A stretch of 24,829 nucleotides of DNA from Trueperaceae bacterium (GCA_040905465.1 JBBDRK010000074.1:2623-27451), one strand, 5' to 3'; shown: positions 1 through 7,729, counted from the first letter of the stretch. The notes: generated by a model from the sequence alone, not told the origin. Program-made: numbers and translations.

Positions 1-150
1 CTCGCCAGTATCCTCAATTTTGCTCGCTTGCGGCTGTCTGCACGTCACCGCAGGCGCCGAGTCGGGATGTGTTGCTTGTCGGGGACCGCCCGCGCGGAGC
101 CGGTATCATCGGACGGTCGCGTCGAGTATCACCGAACCGGAAGGAGCGTC

Positions 151-903
151 TTGGCCACTCTGTATCTTCTCGGGACCGGAGCCTCGCTGTCGGACCCGCA
201 TCGAACGACCACCATGCTGGCCGTCGAGAACGACGACGGATCGTTGCTCGTCGACTGCGGCGGGGACGCACTTCAAAGGCTGCTTGCGAGCGGAGGCGAT
301 CCGTCGCGGATTCGGGCCCTGATAATTACCCACGAGCATCCGGACCATGTCAGCGGCTTTCCGTTGCTGATGGAGAAGCTGTGGCTCCATGGGCGCAGGG
401 AGCCGCTCGACGTATACGGCATCGACCCAGCGATACGCCAGGCACAACGGGCCCACGACAGTTTCGACACTTCAGCCTGGCCCGATTATCCCGAGATCCG
501 CTATCATCCGGTCGCCTTGCAGGAAGGCGCGGCGGTACTCGAGCGCGACGGTTGGCAGGTGAGCGCCTCCCCCGGCATCCACGCGGTGCCGGTGGTCGGC
601 CTGCGCTTCCGCGACGTGACGGGCGGCGGGGTAGTGGCTTACTCCTGCGACACCGAGTACTGCGATCGGATCGTCAGGCTCGCCCAGGATGCTCAGGTAC
701 TGATTCACGAAGCCACCGGCAACGGCCCCGGCCACTCGAGCGCGGTCGAAGCCGCCCGAGTGGCCGCCGAAGCGCGAGCGGAGCGCCTGCTGCTGGTCCA
801 CCTACCCTCGGAGGAGCAGCTCGGGCCGGAGGAGTTGGCCACCGCCCGAAAGACCTTCCCCAATATGGAAAAGGGGCTCGAGGGTGGGCGTTACCGGTTC
901 TAG
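151..903 (+). CDS. MBL-fold metallo-hydrolase, RNase Z/BN-like (lacks the tRNA-binding exosite)
   Basis: The ORF track gives 28..903; a better start is TTG at 151 behind AAGGAG (141-146). Motifs LGTG, VDCG, THEHPDH (HxHxDH), YSCDT, HEAT, GHSS and LLVH match the RNase Z subgroup. Only a few residues lie between HAVPVVG and YSCDT, where true tRNase Z has its flexible arm. Confidence 0.85.
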   Translation: MATLYLLGTGASLSDPHRTTTMLAVENDDGSLLVDCGGDALQRLLASGGDPSRIRALIITHEHPDHVSGFPLLMEKLWLHGRREPLDVYGIDPAIRQAQRAHDSFDTSAWPDYPEIRYHPVALQEGAAVLERDGWQVSASPGIHAVPVVGLRFRDVTGGGVVAYSCDTEYCDRIVRLAQDAQVLIHEATGNGPGHSSAVEAARVAAEARAERLLLVHLPSEEQLGPEELATARKTFPNMEKGLEGGRYRF

Positions 904-926
904 GATCGCTGCCTGAGTTCGAACCC

Positions 927-952
927 AAAAAAATACGCGCCTTCGGGCGCGT
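927..952 (-). terminator. Intrinsic terminator (minus strand, possibly bidirectional)
   Basis: Stem ACGCGCC/GGCGCGT (935-952) followed on the minus strand by ATTTTTTT (plus-strand A7 at 927-933). On the plus strand the loop is a C(UUCG)G tetraloop just after the MBL gene stop. Confidence 0.85.
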
Positions 953-969
953 TCGCTCTTTCGACTGAT
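927..969 (-). ncRNA. Candidate ~43-nt small RNA (AUCAGUCGAAAGAGCGAACGCGCCCGAAGGCGCGUAUUUUUUU)
   Basis: Bounded by a near-consensus promoter (976-1004) with predicted +1 A at 969 and by the U-tailed hairpin at 927-952. It contains no AUG start or RBS. Confidence 0.55.
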
Positions 970-975
970 AAAAGC

Positions 976-1004
976 ATTTTACCGCCGTATTCGCTATTCG
1001 TCAA
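976..1004 (-). promoter_or_regulatory. sigma70-type promoter TTGACG-N17-TAAAAT
   Basis: Minus strand: -35 TTGACG (999-1004), 17-nt spacer, -10 TAAAAT (976-981). Each hexamer is one mismatch from consensus, in an AT-rich patch of GC-rich DNA. Confidence 0.75.
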
Positions 1005-1061
1005 GTAGTTGCGCGATTACCGCCGGTCACGGCAGCGAAAGGTGACCTGCGATCAAAGTAA

Positions 1062-1088
1062 CGGGCGTTTCCCGAGGGGAAACGCCCG
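1062..1088 (-). terminator. Perfect 12-bp hairpin, probable terminator of the dhs-like transcript
   Basis: CGGGCGTTTCCC-gag-GGGAAACGCCCG, followed on the minus strand by TTACTTT. Confidence 0.65.
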
Positions 1089-1098
1089 AAAATCGAAG

Positions 1099-1168
1099 CC
1101 AAACTGACCGAACCAAACTGACCGAACCAAACTGTCGGAGCCAAACTGACCGAGCCAGACTATCGGAG
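1099..1168. repeat. Five tandem copies of a 14-bp unit (consensus CCAAACTGACCGAR)
   Basis: Units: ccaaactgaccgaa (1099), ccaaactgaccgaa (1113), ccaaactgtcggag (1127), ccaaactgaccgag (1141), ccagactatcggag (1155). There are no spacers. Confidence 0.95.
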
Positions 1169-1235
1169 GCGCCTGCGACCGGAACGTCGACGCGCCTCAC
1201 CGTGGCGCGGTTGCGACACCCGCGCCACGCTGGCG

Positions 1236-2273
1236 TCAGACAGAAACCACCTGGGGTTGGGCCAGCACCCGGTTGTAATTGCGCGGCTTACGGTCTTCCC
1301 AGCCGCGCTTGTGGTAGAGATAGCCCGCTACCAGGGGCAGGTTGATGGAGATCTCGCCGAAGACCATCTGCTCCCAGGCGAGGTCGACCTTGCCCCAGGA
1401 GTTGGCCTCCTTCAAGGTAGAACCGGAAAGCGCCCCGTCACGCTCATCGGCTACCGTGAGCTGGATCGCATACCGGTGCATCTCGACATCGTGCCCCAGG
1501 AACTCGGCGGACACCACGATGTCCTGCACGAAGTTCTTGGGCACGCCACCGCCGAGCATCATGATCCCGGTCACGCCTTGATGCACCTTGACCATGGTGA
1601 GCTCGCGAAAGTCCTTGACTGAGTCGATCGCTACGTGGCGTTCGGGATTGTGCACCTGATGGAAGACGAGCCCGAATCCCGCGGAGCAGTCGCTGAAGGC
1701 GGGCACGAAGATGGGAATCCCCTTCTCGAACGCCAGCCGCACGACGCTGTCCTTGCCCAGATCACGCTCGACCAGAAAGCGGCCCATCTCCACCAGGAAC
1801 TCGCGGGAACTGTACACGCCAGGCTCCATGCCATCGGCGATCTGGCGCACCGTGTCGTCGCAGACGCGCAAATTGTCCTCATCGATATAGGTGTCGTAGA
1901 TACGGTCGATCATGAGCTCACGCAGCATATTGTCGTCGGCGGCGACGTCGCCCTGATAGTGGCGGAAGCCGAGCGCTTCGAAGAAGTCCTGGTCGACTAT
2001 GTTGGCGCCGGTAGAAACGATGGCGTCAATCATGTTGTTCCGCATCAGGTCGACGATGACCTGCTTCTGGCCGGCCGAGATCAGCGAGCCTGCCAGAGTG
2101 AGAATCACACCTGCGTCCCGGTCTCGCACCATCATGTCGGCGATACGAGCGGCGCGGGCGAGGTTGCGCGCCTGGAAAGCGGTCTTCTCCATGGCCTCGA
2201 CCAGGGGCACCACGTTTACCTGCTTGATGTCGATATGTTCGACCGGGTTCTGCAACAACTCGGACTTGTCCAT
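1236..2273 (-). CDS. Deoxyhypusine synthase-like protein (bacterial homospermidine pathway, SpeY / 1,9-bis(guanidino)-5-aza-nonane synthase type)
   Basis: 345 aa. Motifs STGANIVDQDFFEALG, IDRIYDTYI, PAFSDCSAG, LGGGVPKNF and DGALSGSTLKEANSWGKV (catalytic Lys of the DHS fold retained). GAGGAG RBS lies 7 nt upstream. Confidence 0.9.
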   Translation of the reverse strand: MDKSELLQNPVEHIDIKQVNVVPLVEAMEKTAFQARNLARAARIADMMVRDRDAGVILTLAGSLISAGQKQVIVDLMRNNMIDAIVSTGANIVDQDFFEALGFRHYQGDVAADDNMLRELMIDRIYDTYIDEDNLRVCDDTVRQIADGMEPGVYSSREFLVEMGRFLVERDLGKDSVVRLAFEKGIPIFVPAFSDCSAGFGLVFHQVHNPERHVAIDSVKDFRELTMVKVHQGVTGIMMLGGGVPKNFVQDIVVSAEFLGHDVEMHRYAIQLTVADERDGALSGSTLKEANSWGKVDLAWEQMVFGEISINLPLVAGYLYHKRGWEDRKPRNYNRVLAQPQVVSV

Positions 2274-2420
2274 AATGGCTCTCCTCGATAACAGGATGCG
2301 CCGGACCGCAGAACTCGACTTCGGTCGCGACGACTGTCGTCGACGGTACCCTCGGGCACCGCCGCTCGGAGTCCTACGACCTGGGCAGCCGCCATCGGTA
2401 CTCCCCTATGGCTAAGGAAC

Positions 2421-2449
2421 AGGATGGGCCACCGGGCAGCGGCTGTCAA
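2421..2449 (-). promoter_or_regulatory. Putative promoter of the dhs-like gene, TTGACA-N17-CATCCT
   Basis: Perfect -35 TTGACA (2444-2449), 17-nt spacer, weak -10 CATCCT (2421-2426). Implies a ~140-nt leader. Confidence 0.5.
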
Positions 2450-2492
2450 CAAGGTGGCACACACGATCCGGCCGGCTATCCACGCCGCACTG

Positions 2493-3383
2493 TCAGGCTG
2501 CTCGCCGGAGCGTGAAGAGGGTGACCTCGGGCGGACAGAACAGGCGCAGCGGCGCCACGCTGCAGCCGATCCCGCGACTCACGTAGAGGTTGTTGCCTTC
2601 CTGGCCGTAGCCGTCGATCATGCCACTTCGGATCCAGCCGGCAACGAACACTTCAACCTCCTTCACGTAGGTCAGGTAGCGCCACAAAGGTGTCAGCGGC
2701 AGCCTGACCTGGCCACCGTGGGTGTGCCCCGCTACCGCGAAGGGAGCCGAGCAGGGTGGCAGGGCGTCGAACGAGGCCGGGTGATGCATCATCACAAGTC
2801 GAGGAGCGCCGTCCGGCACCCGTTCGAGTGCCTCGCACGGCCTGTCTTCGCCGGGAGTATGAGCGCCGATGCCGACCAGGTACAGTCGTTCATCGGCAAC
2901 ACCATCCCCTCGCTGCAGGGCTACGGCTTCGTTGTGTAGAACGCGCGCTCCGGCCGCCGTGAGTGCGCGGGCGAGTTCCTGGGCCAGGGACCGGTCGCCC
3001 TGCGCATTTCGCGTGGGCATGGCGTAGTCGTGATTCCCCAACACCGCGTATACGGGTACCCCGGCCCGCACCAGCGTTCGCACGAGCGCGACGGCGTCCG
3101 AAATGCCACTGCGGTTGTCATGGATGAAGTCGCCCGCCAGCAGCGCAAGATCGGGACGCGCCTCGACAATTCGTTTGACGGCACGTGACGCGGTGAGGCG
3201 GTTACCGGAGAGCATTCCGATGTGCAGGTCGCTCAGAAGCGCGACCAGACGGCCCTCCCAGGAAGGAGGCAGCCCGGGGACCCGCGCCTCCCGGCGCTCG
3301 ACCACCAGTCGATAGGGCTCCGCTACGCCCCACACCAGCAGGCCAGCCAGCAGCGCCCCGACCACCGACAGGAATCTGGTCAT
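2493..3383 (-). CDS. Membrane-anchored calcineurin-like metallophosphoesterase (YkuE/YaeI type)
   Basis: N-terminal TM helix; motifs SDLH, AGDF, LGNHD, MHHP, GHTHGGQ, YVSRGIG and PPEVT. Confidence 0.9.
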   Translation of the reverse strand: MTRFLSVVGALLAGLLVWGVAEPYRLVVERREARVPGLPPSWEGRLVALLSDLHIGMLSGNRLTASRAVKRIVEARPDLALLAGDFIHDNRSGISDAVALVRTLVRAGVPVYAVLGNHDYAMPTRNAQGDRSLAQELARALTAAGARVLHNEAVALQRGDGVADERLYLVGIGAHTPGEDRPCEALERVPDGAPRLVMMHHPASFDALPPCSAPFAVAGHTHGGQVRLPLTPLWRYLTYVKEVEVFVAGWIRSGMIDGYGQEGNNLYVSRGIGCSVAPLRLFCPPEVTLFTLRRAA

Positions 3384-3420
3384 CAATGCCCGCGCGCCGG
3401 TTCTGATACGCTCGCGGGCG

Positions 3421-4155
3421 ATGTCCCGACCGATCGCAGCCGGTGTACGCGGCTACCTGGTTCACGCATATACTGCATCGACCCTCCTCTTCGTCGCCCT
3501 GGCAATGCAGTGGATACTGGCCGAACGGTATCAGCTTGCGCTGCTGGCGATGGCAGCCACGGTCATAATCGACGCCACCGACGGTGCGATGGCACGCAAG
3601 TACCGGGTGGCCGAGACGGCGGCCGCGATTCAGGGCGACCTGCTCGACAACATCGTCGACTTCCTCAGCTACGTAGCGCTGCCCATGCTGTTCCTGTTGC
3701 ACGCCGACATGGTGCTTGCGCCGGAGACGCTGTGGGTAACGCTGCTGATGTTCGCCAGCGCCTTCGGCTTCTCCCGTACCGACGCCAAGATCGCCGGTCG
3801 CGGATTTTTCGTCGGTTTCCCGTCCTACTGGAATATCGTGGTGTTTTACCTCTACCTGTTCGAGACGGGACCGCTCCTCAACACGGCGATCCTGTTGGTT
3901 CTGGCGTCCTCGGTATTCTCGTCGATCAAGTTTATCTACGTCTCGCGGGTACGACGATGGCGAACCCTGCACTTCACCTTGGCAGCCTTGTGGGGCGTGG
4001 CCTGCCTTGCGGCGCTGCTGGTGGAGGCCGGTTCGCTGCGCGCCGTGCTTCTTTACGTATCGCTGGCTTACGCGCTCTTTTACCTGATCCACTCGCTCGT
4101 CAGCGACGCGCTCGAGCGAAGGGGCGCGCGGTCCGCCGAACCGGTCGAGCGATAG
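3421..4155 (+). CDS. CDP-alcohol phosphatidyltransferase, phosphatidylcholine synthase (Pcs)-like
   Basis: Motifs VHAYTAS, DATDGAMARK...GDLLDNIVDFLSYV (DxxDGxxAR...GxxxDxxxD) and FVGFPSYWNIVVFY, characteristic of the Pcs subfamily; multiple TM helices. Extended -10-like TGATACGCT at 3404-3412 and no RBS suggest a leaderless mRNA. Confidence 0.8.
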   Translation: MSRPIAAGVRGYLVHAYTASTLLFVALAMQWILAERYQLALLAMAATVIIDATDGAMARKYRVAETAAAIQGDLLDNIVDFLSYVALPMLFLLHADMVLAPETLWVTLLMFASAFGFSRTDAKIAGRGFFVGFPSYWNIVVFYLYLFETGPLLNTAILLVLASSVFSSIKFIYVSRVRRWRTLHFTLAALWGVACLAALLVEAGSLRAVLLYVSLAYALFYLIHSLVSDALERRGARSAEPVER

Positions 4156-4232
4156 CAGTCGAAGCCGGGCAGCGGCAACCGGCCAAGGTCAGGTGCACGC
4201 GCGCCCGTTGGCAGCAATCAGCTCGTCGCAAG

Positions 4233-5414
4233 TTAGTCCGGCAAGGTAAAGTACATGGTTGTCCCGGCGCCAGGCTCGGAGTCCACCCAGATACGTCCGC
4301 CGTGCCGATGGACGATCCTCTGCACCGTCGCCAGACCGACGCCGGTACCCTCCACCCCGCTATGGAGCCGTTGGAACGGTACGAAGATGCGGTCGGCGTG
4401 ACACATGTCGAAACCGGATCCGTTGTCGCGAACGAAGTAGACCTGTTCGTCCTCGGTGCCGTCGACCCCGAACTCGATGGCGCAATCCTCCTGCTCGGAC
4501 GTGAACTTCCAGGCGTTTTCCAGCAGGTTCTGAAGAGCGATCGCGAGCAGCCGGTCGTCGCCGCAGGCGTACATGTTTACCGGCTTCCGGACACATACAT
4601 TACGTGCCGGCTGTCGTGCCTGCAGTCGTTCGATCACTGCGTCGGCCAGCGGAACCAGGTCCAGCGGCCTCTTTTCGACGCCGCCCCGAGCTATGCCCGA
4701 GAAGCCGAGCAGCGCCTCTATCAACGCTCCCATGCGCTTGGCCCCACCGCGAATTCGGTTCAGATAGTCCTGAGCCGTCGCGTCCAGAACGCCGGCGTAA
4801 TCCTCTTCGAGAGCGCGGCTGAAACCGTCTATTCCCCTGAGTGGCGCCCGAAGGTCGTGCGATACGGAGTAGTTGAAACTCTCCAGTTCACGGTTTAGCG
4901 CCTCGAGCTCCTCGGTCCGCTCTCTTACCCGGCGCTCGAGAACGTCGTGGGATTCGGCGAGTTGCGATTCCGCTCGCTTGCGCTCCGTTATGTCGACCAG
5001 AATGTTGACGGCCGCCATCAGGTCGCCATCCTCGTCGCGGATCGGCCTGGCGTAGGCGAGCACGGTGAGGCGCTCGCCGCCTTCGCGCTCGATCACTATC
5101 TCCTCGCCGTTGAACTCCTTGTTGAAGCGGAGCGCGAGCGCCATCCAGCATTCTTCGTGCGGAACCGGCTCGCCGGCGGGTGTGAACAGCCGGAACGAGC
5201 CGCAGAACATGTCTCCATCGTCGTTCAACAGCGGTTCCCGCCCCCACAGTTCGTGAGCGTGGCCGTTGTAGTAGGTTATCAAGCCCGCGGCGTCGCACAT
5301 ATACGCTGCCGCCGGCAACACGTTCAGGAACTGCCTAAACTGCAATTCACTCTTCAGGAGGCCGGACTCTACCGACAACGCAAAGGCCTGCTGAGCCGCA
5401 ACCTGTTCCCCCAT
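4233..5414 (-). CDS. Cytoplasmic PAS-domain sensor histidine kinase
   Basis: Likely start ATG 5414 after AAGGGGAG; the ORF-track extension to 5930 is spurious. PAS domain ends in DITERK; H-box SHDLRAPL, N-box NLLENAWKF, G1 DNGSGF, F-box IFVPF, G2 GTGVGL. No TM segment. Confidence 0.9.
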   Translation of the reverse strand: MGEQVAAQQAFALSVESGLLKSELQFRQFLNVLPAAAYMCDAAGLITYYNGHAHELWGREPLLNDDGDMFCGSFRLFTPAGEPVPHEECWMALALRFNKEFNGEEIVIEREGGERLTVLAYARPIRDEDGDLMAAVNILVDITERKRAESQLAESHDVLERRVRERTEELEALNRELESFNYSVSHDLRAPLRGIDGFSRALEEDYAGVLDATAQDYLNRIRGGAKRMGALIEALLGFSGIARGGVEKRPLDLVPLADAVIERLQARQPARNVCVRKPVNMYACGDDRLLAIALQNLLENAWKFTSEQEDCAIEFGVDGTEDEQVYFVRDNGSGFDMCHADRIFVPFQRLHSGVEGTGVGLATVQRIVHRHGGRIWVDSEPGAGTTMYFTLPD

Positions 5415-5670
5415 TGACTCCCCCTTCACAACGTCGAAACGATGGTACCTTCCGCCTATGGTTGGAACAGGCCCATGATAGACGATGTTGCCTGCCGGCG
5501 AAGTCGACCCGGCAACAAGCGGGTCCAGGCGTTCGGCGATCGCCCATCGGGGTCGGGTTGCCTTCGAGGGCCGAGCCGGCGCCGGTCGGAATGCGCCGAG
5601 CGCGGCTGGCCGGCGCTTGGGAGCCGAGCAAGCTGCACTCGGTAACAGAGTGACCAGTCTCGGCAGTCGA

Positions 5671-6954
5671 TCAGCTCGGCCCGCGCCTGGGTAGTGCGAG
5701 GCGGGCGCTGGTTCCCAAAGTGCCCGCCTCCCGGCTGCCGGCGGGGGAGAGCCGCAACTGGCCGCCGTGCGCTCGGGCAACCGCACGCACCACACGCAGA
5801 CCGAGTCCCTCGCGAAGCGGCTCGGGCAGCCCCGGACCGGTGTCCGCCACCTCGAGAAACGGGCCGTCGTCGGCCATTCCGCAGCGCAGCGCCACCGTGC
5901 CGTCGCGAGTGCAACGCAGGGCGTTGGCAATCAGGTTGTCGAGCGCCTGCTCGAGCAGCCGGCCGTCGGCAACGGCAGCGGCAGGGTCGTTTTCCAACGT
6001 GAGCTCGAGCCCTCTCTCCAGCGCCAGCGGCTGGAATCGGTCGTAGGCGGCGGCTGCCAGGTCCTCGAGCCCCAGCGTTTCGAAGCGCATGCCGCCCCCT
6101 TCCGCTCGCGACAGTGCCAGCAGGTTCTGCGCCAGCCGTTCCAACCGCAACGCCTCGCCATGGAGCCGGTCGATGAAATCACTGTCGGCGGGTATACGGC
6201 CGAAGCGAGCAGCCTCGAGGCCGGCCCGCAACGCCGACAGGGGCGTGCGCAGTTCGTGAGCAGCGTAGGCCAGGAAGTTCTGCTCGCGCTTCCGCTGGCC
6301 GCGCAGGCGACTCAGCAGGTCGGCAAAACTGCGGGCCAGCATGGCCGGCTCGTCGCGACCCGGTACCGTCGGGATCTCACGTCCCTCTTCGAAGGCCGCC
6401 GCCGCATCGGCCAGCTCGCGCAGCGGCCTCAAAGCCAAGCCGACCACGAACCAGGCGATCACGCTGGCGGCCAGGGATAGTCCCAGTGCCGACGGAATAG
6501 CGATCGCCCGGTAAAGGGTCAACATCTCGCGAACCCCCGCCAACGGTCGCCCCACCTCGATGATCACCTGCTCGTCCTCGTCCCTGGCGGTATATACACG
6601 CCATCCGCCTACGCTGCGCTCACCCCTGCCTTCGAGCACGCCGGCCGGGTCGAGCGGTCTTGGCGCGTTGAGCACGCCGCCCTCCCAGGCGAGCTGGCCA
6701 TCGAGGTAGGCCTGAGCAGAGCTCGCCCCGTTCTCATCGGTAAGGTACGACTCGACGATAGGCGGCACCCGAATGCTGCCCTCCGGTCGCAGCACGACCG
6801 CGTCGAGAATGACCTCCGCCAGCAACCGGCTCTCGCGGTCCATCTCCGACAGCCGAAGACCCAGGAGCGACCAGTAGGTGATCGTCATGCCCAGCGCCAG
6901 CCCCACGAAAGTAAGCGCCGCGGCAATGAGCGAGAGCCGGGCGCGCAGGCTCAC
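5671..6954 (-). CDS. Membrane HAMP-domain sensor histidine kinase (OmpR-family partner)
   Basis: Two TM helices, HAMP (LRPLREL...DEPAMLARSF), H-box AAHELRTPL, N-box NLIANAL, DTGPG, GLGL. Confidence 0.9.
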   Translation of the reverse strand: MSLRARLSLIAAALTFVGLALGMTITYWSLLGLRLSEMDRESRLLAEVILDAVVLRPEGSIRVPPIVESYLTDENGASSAQAYLDGQLAWEGGVLNAPRPLDPAGVLEGRGERSVGGWRVYTARDEDEQVIIEVGRPLAGVREMLTLYRAIAIPSALGLSLAASVIAWFVVGLALRPLRELADAAAAFEEGREIPTVPGRDEPAMLARSFADLLSRLRGQRKREQNFLAYAAHELRTPLSALRAGLEAARFGRIPADSDFIDRLHGEALRLERLAQNLLALSRAEGGGMRFETLGLEDLAAAAYDRFQPLALERGLELTLENDPAAAVADGRLLEQALDNLIANALRCTRDGTVALRCGMADDGPFLEVADTGPGLPEPLREGLGLRVVRAVARAHGGQLRLSPAGSREAGTLGTSARLALPRRGPS

Positions 6955-6993
6955 TGCCCCGCATCCGCGCCGCGCAGCCGGTTGCGGCCGCGC

Positions 6994-7650
6994 TCATCCC
7001 GAGAAGCGATAACCGACACCACGCACCGTTTCGATCAGCGCGTCGGACAACTTGCGCCGCAGGTTCTTGACGTACACGTCTACCAGGTTGGAGGGGGTGT
7101 CGTAGCCGAGACCCCAGATGCGCTCGAGCACCTCTTCCCTGGTGAACACCCGGCCGGGATTGAGCATGAGGAGCTCGGCCACTTCGTACTCCTTGCCGGT
7201 AAGCCGGACGGCCTTTCCTTCCAGGCGCACCTGGCGTTCTTCCACCAGCAAGGTAACGGGCCCCCACGTCACCTGCCGAGCGCGAACCTCCCCCCGGCGA
7301 TGCAGCGCCTTCAGGCGCGCCACCAACTCGGACAGCGCGAACGGCTTGGCGAGATAGTCGTCCCCGAACTCGAGCCCGCGAACCCGGTCGGGTAGAGCTT
7401 CGCGCGCTGTGAGAAACAGGATGGGTTGGCGGAAGCCGGACTCGCGGAACTCCCGAGCCCAGTCGAACCCCGCCTCCTCGCCCTCGGGCAGCATCACGTC
7501 GAGAAGTACCAGGTCGAAAGGACGCGACCAGGCCGCCTCCCACGCGGCGTGGGCATCGGGGGCGACGTACGGTTCGAAATCCTTCGCCCGGAGACTCTCC
7601 TCCAGAGTTGTCGCGAGGCTTCGTTCGTCCTCCACGATCAACAGTCGCAC
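6994..7650 (-). CDS. OmpR/PhoB-family response regulator
   Basis: Receiver motifs LIVEDE, LLDVMLP, LTAR and DDYLAKPF; winged-helix motifs NLVDVYVKNLRRKL and ETVRGVGY. AGGAGGAG RBS before GTG. Confidence 0.95.
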   Translation of the reverse strand: MRLLIVEDERSLATTLEESLRAKDFEPYVAPDAHAAWEAAWSRPFDLVLLDVMLPEGEEAGFDWAREFRESGFRQPILFLTAREALPDRVRGLEFGDDYLAKPFALSELVARLKALHRRGEVRARQVTWGPVTLLVEERQVRLEGKAVRLTGKEYEVAELLMLNPGRVFTREEVLERIWGLGYDTPSNLVDVYVKNLRRKLSDALIETVRGVGYRFSG

Positions 7651-7697
7651 GTCGCTCCTCCTGCCCGACCCCGCTCCGACCCGGCGAAGCGATTTTC

Positions 7698-7729
7698 ACG
7701 GTAAGGCGGGCAGATGAACGGGGCGTGAA
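7698..7729 (-). promoter_or_regulatory. OmpR-type direct-repeat box plus -10 for the regulator operon: TTCACG-N5-TTCATC-N9-TACCGT
   Basis: Minus-strand hexamers at 7724-7729 and 7713-7718 (11-bp period); -10 at 7698-7703. Architecture mirrors 7878-7909. Confidence 0.65.

Noticed and set aside
1-17. Possible minus-strand gene start (TTG AGG ATA CTG GCG, MRILA...) running off the left edge
   Set aside because: Only five codons are visible and there is no clear RBS, so it cannot be supported.
151-903. PqqB assignment for the MBL-fold protein
   Set aside because: Motifs match the RNase Z-like group (HxHxDH, HEAT, GHS), the PqqB N-terminal GGG.PQWNC signature is absent, and no other pqq genes are adjacent.
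1099-1168. Repeat array as a CRISPR array or plasmid iteron origin
   Set aside because: Units are 14 bp and contiguous with no unique spacers; there is no cas or rep gene in the window.
1236-2273. Hypusination of a translation factor (eIF5A/EF-P) by the DHS-like protein
   Set aside because: No efp gene is nearby, and characterised bacterial members of this family act in homospermidine synthesis.
2274-2414. Known riboswitch (guanidine-I/II or yybP-ykoY) in the dhs-like leader
   Set aside because: Partial resemblance only (GGGGAGUA; UAGGACUCCG...GGUCCG). The ACGR loops, the ykkC P3 element and the yybP GAGACC partner strand were not found, so no family is assigned.
5415-5930. N-terminal extension of the PAS kinase given by the ORF track (likewise 28-150, 14563-14670 and 23853-24026 for other genes)
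   Set aside because: These extensions overlap neighbouring genes or promoters and have non-protein-like composition; good RBS-start pairs exist downstream.
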